The position numbers and the translations under genes are program-made. This document shows positions 10,627 through 21,615 of a stretch of DNA of 64,000 nt, piece after piece. The stretch is from an uncultured Poribacteria bacterium (lineage in GTDB: Bacteria > Poribacteria > WGA-4E > WGA-3G), in contig CATQHZ020000001.1 in NCBI GenBank assembly GCA_958296135.2, positions 64,001 to 128,000 on the forward strand, written 5' to 3'. The notes beneath the pieces are model-generated. The model was given only the letters and a program-made list of their open reading frames with translations, ran no database searches and was not told the DNA's origin. Positions within the stretch are counted from its first letter, which is position 1. Each line of letters begins with the position of its first letter.

Positions 10627-11247
10627 TCAGACATCGTCTCTTGGTGCTTTTTCTTCTTTCCATGTATTGACTTGTTTCAGGATGCAGTCCGTTTTGCCTG
10701 ACTTCAGCAGCAGATACGTTTCCTCAAGCCGATGCAATATGGACTGCAGGAGCGCGCCGCGGCACACCTCTGAATCGGCGTTTGCGGCTATCCGCACCGA
10801 AGTCGCCGTAGCGCGCAGCTGCGGTGGAAACTCTTCTTCCGTGATATTTACGTTGACACCGAAGCCGAGCACAAAAAAGGGGTGACGTTGCCAGTCTGAC
10901 GCTAATTCGGTGAGGACACCGGCGATTTTCTTTTTTCCGATTCGGACATCGTTCGGCATTTTGATGCGCGTTTCTAGGCGCGTCTTCGCGTAAATCGCCT
11001 GCGCTATGCTGAGGGCCCCGATGAGATTCGGCAGCGCAATCTCATCGCGCAGCAACCGGTGCCTCAGGATAACCGAGGCAAGGATGCACTTGCCGCGCGG
11101 TGCCGTCCAATGCCTACCGTATCTGCCTCTGCCAGCGGTTTGGTATTCCGCGAGGATGAGCGTTCCCTCTGGCGCGCCAGCCTTCCCGCGTGCCAGAGCG
11201 ATGTCGTTTGTGGATGCGACTTCGGTGTGGCGTTCAATCTGAAACAA
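10627..11247 (-). CDS. birA: biotin--[acetyl-CoA-carboxylase] ligase (no HTH domain)
   Basis: STND, QTAGRGR, IKMPNDV, KKIAGVLTE, GFGVNV. Confidence 0.9.
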   Translation of the reverse strand: MFQIERHTEVASTNDIALARGKAGAPEGTLILAEYQTAGRGRYGRHWTAPRGKCILASVILRHRLLRDEIALPNLIGALSIAQAIYAKTRLETRIKMPNDVRIGKKKIAGVLTELASDWQRHPFFVLGFGVNVNITEEEFPPQLRATATSVRIAANADSEVCRGALLQSILHRLEETYLLLKSGKTDCILKQVNTWKEEKAPRDDV

Positions 11248-11318
11248 CGTCTTTGTCCTCTTTGGCCCGTAGCGCGGGGGCCTGTCCTCCGCGAGCGTGG
11301 TGTGGCGAGTGACGGTAC

Positions 11319-14297
11319 CTACTCAATGCCGAGTTCACGGAGATGCTCATCTGCCTCTCGTTTCCACTGTTCCGGCGGGTTTAATGCCAAGAACCGTTTC
11401 CACTGCTCCCGCGCCTGTTCCCGTTTCTCCCGGTATTCATACATGAGCGCAAGGTTGTAGTTAGCCGTCAAGTTCCCCGGGTCCAGTTGGATAACGCGCT
11501 CAAACTGCTCCGTCGCTGCGCCGAGTAAATCCATGCTGAAGAGCGTATTGCCATAATTGAGCAGCGTCGGCACGTGCGATTCGTCTAAAGCGAGTGCCTT
11601 CTCCAATGTCTCTTTGGCGGCGTTGTAATCCAATGCATGCGCGTAGTAGAGCTCACCGAGGTTTTGATACGTCCCGATGGCTATGTCATCGGTTGCATCT
11701 TGAATCAGTGCCGCTTCCTTCTCATACTGCGCGATTGCACCTTTCCAATCCTGTTCCCATGCCGCAATTTTACCGAGGTGCAAATGCGCGCCCCGGTAGT
11801 TCGGGGAGAGCGACAGCACCTTTTCAAACGCCGCTTTCGCCAACCGGTGCCGGTCTATCTCCAAATAGATGACACCCACCGTGTAGTGTGCCTCCACGTT
11901 TCTCGGCTGCAGTTCTGCCACCTGCTTGAAATCCTCCAGAATCTGGCTGTAGCGATAGAGCGTTGCGCCAATCTGCTTGTAACGCAGTGTCAGCATGCCG
12001 CGATGGAAGTAGGCATCGACATAGCCTCCGTTGAGAGACAGCGTTGTGGTATATTCGGTCACGGCGAGTTCCGCGGGTTCATGATAGTCGTCCCCGAGGG
12101 TTTCTGCGTGTCTATCCAGCAAGCGCGCATACCGATAGTGCCACTCAAAGTTCTCCGGCGCGTAATGATTCGCTAATTTGTAGTGATGGAGAGCGCGCTC
12201 CCAAACATAGGGTTCGCGGGGGACAGGCTCCTGCGCTACGTTACCTATTTCTTGACCGGGAGGAGAGCCCGCCCGTTCCCGATTTTCTCCCCGGTTCTCA
12301 AAAATACCCGCGAGCAGATAGTGAAGTTCCGGATGGTTCGGCTCCAATTCTAATGCTGGCGGATAGACGCGGATGAGGTTTTCTTCGTCGTTGCGTTTGC
12401 GATAGATGGCACCGAGTCGGAAAAACGGTTCAGCGTTAGTCTTGTCGAGAGCAATGGTGTTTTCATACTGCGCAATGGCGTTGTCAATATCGCCTTTCTG
12501 TTCAAATAGGATGCCGGCTTGGTAGTGCGCGGTGACATTATCGGGTGTCACGCGTGTGGTTTCAAGAAAGGCTGCCAATGCTGCATCGGGTTGATTGAGT
12601 GCCAGATACGCCTGTGCAGAGATATAGTGTGCTTCGGCGTTATCGGGTTCCATCGCAATGATTTGCTTTAAGGCCTCCACAACTTCCCCATGCGCGCCAG
12701 CTTCACGGTAAATGTGAACCATCTTAAAAATCACATCGGGCCGCGCTGCGTCCAATGCCAGCGTCCGTTTGTAAAAGTGGAGTGCCTGCTTAGTATCGCC
12801 GAGTGCCTCGTAGCTCTGGCCGAGCAGATAGGTGGCGGCGATGTCCTCGGGGAAAAGCAAGAGGTGCGTATTGAGCGGCTCAATCGCATGGGGATAGTCT
12901 GCATCGTCAAACGCGTGCTGTCCCTGTTCGATGAACATGTCCGCCACTGCCGGATTTAATTCGATGGCACGTTGGAAGTAGGTGCTTGCTGTCTCCGCAT
13001 CCCCTTGTCGGTGGTGGAGTTCGCCGAGTTTGAGGTAAACGTCGTTGAAATGTCCTACCGGCAGTTCCATCTCTAGATACCGAGGTTCCGCCGCTATGAT
13101 TTCAAGCGTTTTCTCATAGTACGCGATGGCCCCTTCAATGTTCCCCGTGTCCGCTTCAAGGATGCCTGCGTAAAAGGAGACGCGCGCATCATCCGGTAGC
13201 ACAGCCCTCGCTTTGTCTAAGATTTCTGTCATTCGCGAGGCGTTCGGCGCGCGTTTTTCGTTTGATGACGTTGTCAAGCCTGGCATCCCTGTCTCGCCTT
13301 CAAAATAGGGCCGCAGCGGCTCAAAAAAAGCGTTCTCCAGACTGGGCATCAGCGCGAGTGCCAGCCGATAGTGATGGACAGCCGTCGCCGTATCGCCTTC
13401 CGCATAGAGCAGGGCGGCGAGGGAAAAATGGATAGGCGCGTTTTCTTTTTCAATTTCCAAGGCGCGTTGATAGAGTTGTATCGCGCCGGATGCATTGCCG
13501 CCATCCCTGAAGATATTGGCGAGTTCCGCAACTGTTTGTGCCGAATAGGGCTGATATTTCGCGCCTTTCGCATATTCTTCCAGGGCCGCGGCAAAGAAAC
13601 CTTCGGTGGCAAGCACCTGTCCGAGCTTGAAATAGGCGGGTGCGAATTTCTTTTTCTGCTGGATAAGTTTCTCGAACGCCTCCCGCGCGCCGTTCGTATC
13701 GCCTTCGGCGAACGCGACTAAGCCGAGTCCATAGCGCGGGTATTCCCACTTCCGGTTTAACTGGTGCGCTGTCTCAAACGCCGTGCGCGCTTCAGCGGTG
13801 TTCCCCGCTTTCAGGTGAATCTCGCCGATGCGGTAGTAGACAGGATAGTAGTTCGGATTGAGTTGGAGGCACGCCTCAAATTGCGCGAGGGCATAGGCGT
13901 TCTCGTTTTGCTGCTGATAGACACCGCCGAGGTTAAAGCGCGCCCAAAACAGCCCCGGGTCTAGCTCCAGGGCGCGGTGAAAAGCGGTGACGGCCGTCGC
14001 CAGTCCCGTGTCGGTGCCGTGCAGCGCGTGCGCGTAGCCGAGGCCGTAAAAGAAAGCCGCGTCTGTTTCGCGACGCGCTTTTTCTTCGAGATACAGCGTC
14101 CGGACTGCTGCCAGATGTCCCCGTTTTTCCCATTTGATGGTAAAGTCGCGATGTTTTTCGGTTGGTTTTTTCTTCTCGCGCAGCACCTTCGCGAAGTCCT
14201 TTTGCATATCGGTGTGCCATTTCTCTGCGGCGAGCCCTGGCATCACGAGCGTGAGAAGGAGTAGCGATGCCAAAAGCCAGCTCTGTGTGATTTTCAC
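11319..14297 (-). CDS. large exported tetratricopeptide-repeat protein
   Basis: Many TPR units (A...Y.RAL.L.P); signal peptide after GTG at 14297 with GGAGG RBS (ORF extends to 14369). Confidence 0.9.
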   Translation of the reverse strand: MKITQSWLLASLLLLTLVMPGLAAEKWHTDMQKDFAKVLREKKKPTEKHRDFTIKWEKRGHLAAVRTLYLEEKARRETDAAFFYGLGYAHALHGTDTGLATAVTAFHRALELDPGLFWARFNLGGVYQQQNENAYALAQFEACLQLNPNYYPVYYRIGEIHLKAGNTAEARTAFETAHQLNRKWEYPRYGLGLVAFAEGDTNGAREAFEKLIQQKKKFAPAYFKLGQVLATEGFFAAALEEYAKGAKYQPYSAQTVAELANIFRDGGNASGAIQLYQRALEIEKENAPIHFSLAALLYAEGDTATAVHHYRLALALMPSLENAFFEPLRPYFEGETGMPGLTTSSNEKRAPNASRMTEILDKARAVLPDDARVSFYAGILEADTGNIEGAIAYYEKTLEIIAAEPRYLEMELPVGHFNDVYLKLGELHHRQGDAETASTYFQRAIELNPAVADMFIEQGQHAFDDADYPHAIEPLNTHLLLFPEDIAATYLLGQSYEALGDTKQALHFYKRTLALDAARPDVIFKMVHIYREAGAHGEVVEALKQIIAMEPDNAEAHYISAQAYLALNQPDAALAAFLETTRVTPDNVTAHYQAGILFEQKGDIDNAIAQYENTIALDKTNAEPFFRLGAIYRKRNDEENLIRVYPPALELEPNHPELHYLLAGIFENRGENRERAGSPPGQEIGNVAQEPVPREPYVWERALHHYKLANHYAPENFEWHYRYARLLDRHAETLGDDYHEPAELAVTEYTTTLSLNGGYVDAYFHRGMLTLRYKQIGATLYRYSQILEDFKQVAELQPRNVEAHYTVGVIYLEIDRHRLAKAAFEKVLSLSPNYRGAHLHLGKIAAWEQDWKGAIAQYEKEAALIQDATDDIAIGTYQNLGELYYAHALDYNAAKETLEKALALDESHVPTLLNYGNTLFSMDLLGAATEQFERVIQLDPGNLTANYNLALMYEYREKREQAREQWKRFLALNPPEQWKREADEHLRELGIE

Positions 14298-14610
14298 GGT
14301 TTTTTCCTCCGAGTCAGTTTTTGGTTGTTTGCGATAGGATAAGGTGGCGTGCATTGTCCGCAAAAGCACACCGCGTTCCGAAATGAATCAATATAGTTCC
14401 CGAACAGAGCAAGTTCAAATGAAGGTTCAAAATAATTGGGTAATTTTTCGCAGGGGTGCTGGCTTAGCATGGGGACTGAGCGACGGTTGCAGAAATAACC
14501 CAAATTAGCATCAGAAACGTAGGCATTGACAACGTCGATGACGGTTCTACGTCAACACACGTGATTGCACCAATCACCCTAACCGAACGTATTGCGACGA
14601 ATAAAAAGCC

Positions 14611-16899
14611 TCATTGAACGAAAAGAAAAGCGCGCGAGGTGATGAGTGCCCAAAGCAGGTCTTCGCTTCCCTCACGCCGCGTTGGACTGTCCGCAAGGTA
14701 GGCTGTCGCCGTGGCGAGTTCCGCCGCTGTCGGAAAGCGGGACAAGGTGCGGAGATACAGTTCCGTGATGAGTTCCCGATTCTCGCGGTGTGTTTTCAAC
14801 AGGCGAGTGAGGGCTCCGTCCCGATGACGCAACTTTTTCTGCACATAAGGTGCGTTGATGAGATGGAGGGCCTGCGTCAGCGTCGGTTCCAGTTTCGAGG
14901 ATAAGTCACCCAGGAACTCCCGCTCGGAACGGCCAAACAGCGACAAGAAGCGTGAACTGACAGGCAGAGGCAGTTGCACAGTGCGCGTGCCCATCGGATA
15001 CCGTCCATATTTTTCCTGTGTGCCAGTTACGTCGTTGAGCACATCAAGCAGGGTGTGCGCGTTCATCGGGCGTGGGAAGAACCGCGAGAAGAACCTGTCA
15101 TCCAATTCATTCGTCTCGTTCGGCACGGCGGAGAGTTGATACATTCGCGAATTGAGGATTTGCCGGATGACATGCTTCGGACTGAACCCGCTTTCCACAA
15201 AATCAGCGGCGAGTGCTTCGAGGAGCCCCTCCACACTTGGCGGCGTTGTGGCGCGCATGTCGTCTACGGGTTCAACGATGCCCCTGCCGAAGTAGTAGCT
15301 CCAGATGCGATTGACAGTGGCTCTAGCGAAGTAAGGGTTCGTACCCGAGGTCAGCCACTCGGCGAGGCGTTGTAGCACATCGCCTTGATAGTTTGCAGGC
15401 AACGTTGCACCAGCGAGGAACGTCGGCTGCGCGACTTCACCGCGGTTGCCCTGCACGGACTGATTGATGACGCGTCCCGTCGGATTATAGTAGACAACCT
15501 GTTCGTTGTAGAGTTCACCCGCGCGGGTGCCGACTTTTCCAGTGAAGGCGGCGAAGTTCCAATAATCGTCGGTTGTCCATCTATCAAACGGGTGTTTGTG
15601 ACATCGCGCGCAGCTAAGCCGGATACCGAGGAACACTTGTGCCGTCGTCTCGGCTCTGCCAGCGGGTTGCCGCTCGATGCGGTAGTAGTTAGTCGCTCCG
15701 TGTTGATAAGTGCTGCCCCGCGCCGTGATGAGTTCCCGAACGACTGCATCGTAAGGTTTATTCTGCGCGACGGTGTCGCGCACCCACTCGTGAAAGAGCG
15801 TCGCGCCGCGTTCGCCGAACGCGCCGTTGCCCAAGTCGCGGGGATGGATGCGTAGCATATCGGCGAGTGCCAAGGTGCGGACATCCACCCATGCGGACGT
15901 ATCAAGGAGTTTGTCGATGCACCGGGCGCGCTTGTCCGGGTGTGTATCGGCAAGAAACGCGCGGACTTCTTCCGGTGTCGGTAATCTACCGACGGTATCC
16001 TGATAGAGCCGGCGCAAAAACTCGGTATCGGTGGCGAGAACCGAGGGCTGAACGTTCAGTTTCTTCAGTTTCGTGAAGACCAGCTCGTCGATATAATTGA
16101 CAGGCGTTGGAAAGTCTGCATCGGATACGATTGCCTCGCGGGGCAGCGTGATGAACGCCGCGGTTACCACGCCGAGGTAGCGCGCGAGGATGGCGGTGCC
16201 GCCCCAGCGGAGCCGGGCGACTTCCCCAGTTGCGTTGACTTCTGCGATGGCCGGGTCCTTCGATTCATAGACAACTTGCGCGGTGACATCTTCGACGGAG
16301 CCGTCTGTCCAGTGCGCGAGCACTTTCAGGGATGCAGTTTCTGTCGGCGATGTCAGCACCACCTCGCTCGGGTGGATTTCCAGTTTCGCGAGGCGCGGTG
16401 CGTCGGCAGGAAACGGCGCGCCGGCTCGTATCCAGCGCAGCATCGTTAACGCCTCATCAGAACCGGGCTCAAACCGCACGCCGCCTTCGTGCGGCACCTG
16501 TCCGGTCGGCTTGAGGAGGAAGAGGCTCCGTGCCGGTTCGAGCAGGTTGACACGTCTGCCGCGGTTGTGATGGACAATCGGTTCGTAATCGGATTCAGGG
16601 TTAAGCGTGAGCAGGGAGAGGTTGAACCCGCCTTGCCCACCGAATTTGCCGTGACACATGCCGGCGGAGCACCCCTGTTTATCCAAAATCGGGGCGATGT
16701 CTCTGAGGAACTGTGGCGTTTCACCGGTGATGTTGGCGTGCGCGGATGCCAGCGTCACAGTGAACAGCAAGAGAACGGAAGCCACAAACTTAGCCCTCGG
16801 AACGTAGCCATTGACACCGTCGATAACGGCCCTGGGAAGACACCTTTGAAATGACCAGGGTTGCTGTGCGAACGCGTTGCGAAATACAGAGAATTTCAT
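14611..16899 (-). CDS. DUF1549/DUF1553 (Planctomycete PSD1-type) protein with Ig-like domain
   Basis: CSAGMCHG, FLRRLYQD..GRLPT, CARCHKHPFDRWT, NPYFARATVNRIW, GRGIVEPVDD. Confidence 0.9.
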   Translation of the reverse strand: MKFSVFRNAFAQQPWSFQRCLPRAVIDGVNGYVPRAKFVASVLLLFTVTLASAHANITGETPQFLRDIAPILDKQGCSAGMCHGKFGGQGGFNLSLLTLNPESDYEPIVHHNRGRRVNLLEPARSLFLLKPTGQVPHEGGVRFEPGSDEALTMLRWIRAGAPFPADAPRLAKLEIHPSEVVLTSPTETASLKVLAHWTDGSVEDVTAQVVYESKDPAIAEVNATGEVARLRWGGTAILARYLGVVTAAFITLPREAIVSDADFPTPVNYIDELVFTKLKKLNVQPSVLATDTEFLRRLYQDTVGRLPTPEEVRAFLADTHPDKRARCIDKLLDTSAWVDVRTLALADMLRIHPRDLGNGAFGERGATLFHEWVRDTVAQNKPYDAVVRELITARGSTYQHGATNYYRIERQPAGRAETTAQVFLGIRLSCARCHKHPFDRWTTDDYWNFAAFTGKVGTRAGELYNEQVVYYNPTGRVINQSVQGNRGEVAQPTFLAGATLPANYQGDVLQRLAEWLTSGTNPYFARATVNRIWSYYFGRGIVEPVDDMRATTPPSVEGLLEALAADFVESGFSPKHVIRQILNSRMYQLSAVPNETNELDDRFFSRFFPRPMNAHTLLDVLNDVTGTQEKYGRYPMGTRTVQLPLPVSSRFLSLFGRSEREFLGDLSSKLEPTLTQALHLINAPYVQKKLRHRDGALTRLLKTHRENRELITELYLRTLSRFPTAAELATATAYLADSPTRREGSEDLLWALITSRAFLFVQ

Positions 16900-19442
16900 G
16901 AGAATATCTCCTTAAAAACTTCGGTGATGTGTTCCACGAAGAGGAACGTCATTCCCGATTGAATCTCTTCCGGAATCTCGACAAACTGTTTTTGGTTCTC
17001 ACGTGGGACGATAATCTTCTTGATGCCGGCCTGTTTGGCGGCGAGGATTTTCTCCTTGAGCCCACCGATGGGCAAGACTCTGCCGCGGAGCGTAAGTTCC
17101 CCTGTCATCGCGATTTCTGGGCTGATGCAATGGCCTGTGGCGACAGAGGCAAGGGCGGTGGCAATTGTAATGCCGGCAGAGGGGCCATCCTTGGGAATCG
17201 CACCCGCGGGGACATGGATGTGGATGTCGGCATCCAACACGCCCGAGTCAAACTGGAGTGTATCCGCCTGCGATTTGACGTAACTGAGCGCGGTTTGTGC
17301 GGATTCCTGCATAACATCGCCGATTTGTCCGGTGATGCGGAGCGTGCCGCTGCCATCCGCGCGCCTCGCATGCATCGTGACTTCCACAAATAGGATTTCG
17401 CCGCCGGCTGGGGTGACAGAGAGCCCGGTGGCGACACCGATGTCCGCCTGACGCCCGGCAACCTCGGCAGAGAACTTCGCAGGGCCGAGGTAATCCGGAA
17501 GGCTCTCGGCTGGAATCGCGGCCTCCGCCGCTTCGCCTTCGGCGACGCGGCGTGCCACTTTTCTGCAAAGGGTGCCGAGTTCGCGCTCCAAGTTGCGCAC
17601 GCCGGCCTCGCGGGTATACGCGCTGATGACGGTATCAATCGCCGCATCGTCTACCTGCAGTTGGGCCGCTGACAAACCGTTCGCGGTAAGCTGGCGCGGC
17701 AGAAGATACTGCTTAGCAATCTGCAGTTTCTCGTTGGCGGTATAGCCGGCGAGCTCTAGCGTCTCCATCCGGTCGCGCAGCGCAACGGGAATCGTGTCAA
17801 GTTGATTCGCCGTAGTGATGAACATCACGTTGGAGAGATCGAACGGCACATCAAGGTAGTTGTCGGTGAAGGCGTGGTTCTGCTCCGGGTCCAGCACTTC
17901 AAGCAGGGCGGCACCCGGGTCGCCGCGGAAATCAGAGCCGAGTTTGTCAATCTCATCAAGCATGAAAACCGGATTGTTGGATTCGGCGGTGCGGATGCCT
18001 TTCAGAATGCGCCCCGGCATTGAACCGATATAGGTGCGACGGTGTCCGCGGATTTCTGCTTCATCGTGCATACCACCTAGGGACACGCGGACGAACTTCC
18101 GGTCCATGGCGCGGGCGATGGAGCGGCCGAGTGAGGTTTTGCCTACCCCCGGCGGACCGACGAAACAGAAAATGGGGCTTTTCAGTTCGGGCGCGAGGCC
18201 CCGTTCAGTGCCACCGTTACTAGAGCCGGAAGACTTGACAACGTCCATACCGCCCGGTAAGTCAGCCGTCTCTCCCTCGGTGGTGTCCGACGAACGCTTT
18301 ACACGAGTCCGAAGCATTTGCACGGCGAGGTGCTCGACAATCCGCTCTTTGACCTTCTCTAAGCCGTAGTGGTCTTCATCAAGAACGGTTTGCGCAGCGC
18401 GTAGCTCCAGCGCATCTTCGGTGCTCACCTGCCACGGCAGATTGAGGAGCCAATCGAGGTAATTCCGCGAGACGGTAGATTCAGGGGAGAAGGACTGCAT
18501 CTTGGTGAGGCGGTTGAGTTCCTTTTCCGCTGTTTGCTTCGCCTTTTCGGGCATCTCGGTGTTTTGGAGTTGCTCCCGGAGTTCCTCCATTTCCAGCCCG
18601 AGGTCTTCTGCCTCGCCGAGTTCAGTCTGGATAGCTTTGAGTTGTTCGCGGAGGTAGTATTCGCGTTGCCCTTTGTTAATAACGGCTTGCGCGCGGTTTT
18701 GGATGTTACTCTCCAATTCGTGCAAATCGAGCTCGCGGGCGAGGATGACAGCCAGCGCGTTCAACCGCTTCGTCACAGACACTGCCTCTAAAATCCGCTG
18801 CTTATCAGCGGGTTTTAAGTCAAGCACAGCGGCGACGTAATCGGCAAAGCGGCCGGGCTGCTCAATGTTTTTGGTGAGGCTGCCGTATTCGTCGGGGTAG
18901 CGGGTGGACATGGAGACAATCCGCTGGAACATTTCGTCGTTGCTGCGGAGGAGTGCCTCGACTTCCATGTTGGTTTTGCCCAGGTCTTCTTCTCTGTCGC
19001 GTGCTTCGCTGTTGACGACAGCGACGCGCGCGGTGATAAAGGGTTCCGTGGAGAGAATTTCTTCAATCGCCACCCGCTCGCGTCCGTGCGCGAGGAAAAG
19101 GACATCCTCGTCCTCTTTCTTATAGCGGAGGATATGGATGAGACTGCCGATGGGGCTCAGGTCTGGTGCTGTGATATTTTTGATATCCTCAGACGGGATG
19201 TCCGGATTCGGGCGGAAGATGCAAAGCCCGCGCTCGCTCTTCATGGAGGCCTCAAGCGCAGCCTTCGCCATGTCGCCGGAGAGCGCGACGTGGTGCGGCG
19301 GAAACGGCGGCACTGGCGGCATATACGGAAAAACCACCAGGTCATCGAGCGGCAGGATGGGGAAGTCCCTGTTCGGTTTCTCTTTGGGTTCGCTGTTTTC
19401 GCGATGTTCGTTCTGTGATATTTCTCTCTCTAGTGTTTCCAT
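16896..19442 (-). CDS. lon: Lon (endopeptidase La)
   Basis: GPPGVGKTS, RGHRRTYIG, PKDGPSAG, IGGLKEK; start at 19442 from AAGGAG RBS. Confidence 0.97.
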   Translation of the reverse strand: METLEREISQNEHRENSEPKEKPNRDFPILPLDDLVVFPYMPPVPPFPPHHVALSGDMAKAALEASMKSERGLCIFRPNPDIPSEDIKNITAPDLSPIGSLIHILRYKKEDEDVLFLAHGRERVAIEEILSTEPFITARVAVVNSEARDREEDLGKTNMEVEALLRSNDEMFQRIVSMSTRYPDEYGSLTKNIEQPGRFADYVAAVLDLKPADKQRILEAVSVTKRLNALAVILARELDLHELESNIQNRAQAVINKGQREYYLREQLKAIQTELGEAEDLGLEMEELREQLQNTEMPEKAKQTAEKELNRLTKMQSFSPESTVSRNYLDWLLNLPWQVSTEDALELRAAQTVLDEDHYGLEKVKERIVEHLAVQMLRTRVKRSSDTTEGETADLPGGMDVVKSSGSSNGGTERGLAPELKSPIFCFVGPPGVGKTSLGRSIARAMDRKFVRVSLGGMHDEAEIRGHRRTYIGSMPGRILKGIRTAESNNPVFMLDEIDKLGSDFRGDPGAALLEVLDPEQNHAFTDNYLDVPFDLSNVMFITTANQLDTIPVALRDRMETLELAGYTANEKLQIAKQYLLPRQLTANGLSAAQLQVDDAAIDTVISAYTREAGVRNLERELGTLCRKVARRVAEGEAAEAAIPAESLPDYLGPAKFSAEVAGRQADIGVATGLSVTPAGGEILFVEVTMHARRADGSGTLRITGQIGDVMQESAQTALSYVKSQADTLQFDSGVLDADIHIHVPAGAIPKDGPSAGITIATALASVATGHCISPEIAMTGELTLRGRVLPIGGLKEKILAAKQAGIKKIIVPRENQKQFVEIPEEIQSGMTFLFVEHITEVFKEIFS

Positions 19443-19602
19443 TTTTTCTCCTTTTGCATGGCTTTCGGCAAACGTGCCGGGAAGCGTAGACGTTTTCCTA
19501 CCAGGTCCCATCGATGTTGTTGATGTTTACGTTTTCTGTCCTTGCCCGAACTACAGAAAGGGAGGACTGAATCACTCTGGGCTTTATCGGCAGAGGTGTT
19601 TT

Positions 19603-21615
19603 TTACGGCCAAAACTGATAGAGCGTCGTATTGGCCACAATGCTGCCGATGCTCCAGAGACTGCCGCACAGATAGTCACCGAGGGCGAGCCCGAGGAACA
19701 GGGGCACTGTCCGTCGATACGCCTTGAGTCCGCCTTGGTGCAGCACCAGTGCCTTCGCTATCCACGCGACGAAAAGGCAGCTCCAGAGGTTGAACATTCC
19801 CCAACTGTTCGCCATCGCATAGCCGAGCGGATGCAGGGGCCACCACAAAAATCGGGTGCGTAGCACCATCATCCCGACAGCAAAGGCACCGCCGCCGCCT
19901 ATGAAAGCGAGCGCGGGCACATCCGTGCCTTGCGGATAATTGAGCCAGTTTTCGAGCTGCCGATACACGCCTCTGCCGAATCCCAATGCCCACGGGCCAT
20001 AATAACCCGTCTCGGCACCGTGCCGATAATAACTATCAAGCAGCAGCCAAAAGACGCTGACTGCGCCTACGGCTGTTGCGATGAGGATAGCGGCGGCGAT
20101 GTGCCGGGGATTGATGTCCCGCCGCTCGGCTATTTTGAACGCCTCCAACTGTTGCGGCATCGGATGCGCGCGGTATGCCCGGTTGAAAAACATGTAAAGC
20201 GAGAAAACTGCCTTTGTTCCCGGGGTCAGCCGTTGTGTGCCGAAGGCTGTCACTAACAGCCCGTGCGCATCGATGCGGTGCAAGTCATGGACGAGGAACC
20301 CGAGTTCGGCGCGTAACCGGGCAATCATCGTCGCGAGCAGAAAGTAAATCCCGAAGAAAAGGGGAATCACCCAGAGCGACATGCCGGCTTGATACGAGAA
20401 TACCGTCAAAAAGAGCATGCCCGCGACGCTGCCGAGAGCGGCGAGGCGATAGGGCATCGGTTCGCGCTGCATGTCCGCGCCACCCTCTCGGATGCCAGCA
20501 AGAATACGTTTGAGATGCGCGCGCCCTACCCACGCGGCACTGCCCAAGAGGGCGAGATACGCGCCGAAGGCTTGTGCATCGGCGTACGGAAAGCCGGGCA
20601 GGTTTCGCACGCCGAGAATGCTTCCTCCCATGAGTTGAAACTTATAGAGCCAATAGAATACCCAGCATGAAAACAGCAAATCAAGCGGAATGAGATAGCT
20701 GATGCCAATGGCGAACGGATAAAACGAGAGCCGCACGCCGCCCATCGCATCCCAGGGTCTGCCCGTAAAATAGTGATGTATGTTCTGCCGTTTGACGGGC
20801 AGGTAAGGCACCGCCGGGTAAATGGAGTTGAGCAGATTCACGATGCTAATTCCCGCGGCGATGCTGAAGCCTACCCACATTAATTTGTTTTGAAAAAAGC
20901 CTGTCTGTGTATCTGTCATCGCGAGGGGCAGTTGGATAATCGGATACGTCAGCCGCTCGCGCTCTGTCCATTGGAGCCGGACGAAAGTGTTGATGCACAG
21001 CATGACACCCATCAACACGAGGATAAAGAGCGTCCACCACGCGGCGGGCCCCGCCCACGCGCGAAGATGTGCCTTTTCGTAAAGGGTGGAATTCCCTTCG
21101 TAATAGCCGTGTAGGACGCGGGCATCCTGCACGGTGAGCCAGGGCGGCAGCTCTTTCCAAAAGAGCTGCGCCCATTCGTTCTCGGCGGTGGCAAACCGAA
21201 ACGGATGCCCCAGAATCGTGACGAGAATCTCCATCATATCGTGCGAGCAGAGCGAGGAGACGATGCACAAGATGACGTAGAGCGTGAGCAATTCGGCACC
21301 CGAGAGGTATTTCGTCTGGGCCGCACCGGAAATGCGCTGAACCCTGGAGAGGTGCCGTGAGAAAACCGGCACCCCGGCCATCCATACAAAAAACCGCTTT
21401 GAGAGTTTGCCTATCATCGCGCTCAGCACCATCAGCCAAAAGATGATAAAAATGACGTTTGACAGCGGATGGATGAGGGTCGGGTGTGTATAGCGGACTA
21501 CCTCCAGTTGAATAATCCAGAAAACGTTAAGCGGTATCAGGATGAGAGCGACAACAAGCACCTTGGGCGTGAGACCGCGCTGAAAAGTGTCAGGGCCGAA
21601 TCCATCCACGTTCAC
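19603..21615 (-). CDS. DUF6785/DUF6784-type polytopic membrane protein (putative peptide transporter)
   Basis: Multi-TM; QWTERERLTYPI, WWPLHPLGY, PLFLGLALGD; start uncertain (ORF extends to 21666). Confidence 0.7.
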   Translation of the reverse strand: MNVDGFGPDTFQRGLTPKVLVVALILIPLNVFWIIQLEVVRYTHPTLIHPLSNVIFIIFWLMVLSAMIGKLSKRFFVWMAGVPVFSRHLSRVQRISGAAQTKYLSGAELLTLYVILCIVSSLCSHDMMEILVTILGHPFRFATAENEWAQLFWKELPPWLTVQDARVLHGYYEGNSTLYEKAHLRAWAGPAAWWTLFILVLMGVMLCINTFVRLQWTERERLTYPIIQLPLAMTDTQTGFFQNKLMWVGFSIAAGISIVNLLNSIYPAVPYLPVKRQNIHHYFTGRPWDAMGGVRLSFYPFAIGISYLIPLDLLFSCWVFYWLYKFQLMGGSILGVRNLPGFPYADAQAFGAYLALLGSAAWVGRAHLKRILAGIREGGADMQREPMPYRLAALGSVAGMLFLTVFSYQAGMSLWVIPLFFGIYFLLATMIARLRAELGFLVHDLHRIDAHGLLVTAFGTQRLTPGTKAVFSLYMFFNRAYRAHPMPQQLEAFKIAERRDINPRHIAAAILIATAVGAVSVFWLLLDSYYRHGAETGYYGPWALGFGRGVYRQLENWLNYPQGTDVPALAFIGGGGAFAVGMMVLRTRFLWWPLHPLGYAMANSWGMFNLWSCLFVAWIAKALVLHQGGLKAYRRTVPLFLGLALGDYLCGSLWSIGSIVANTTLYQFWP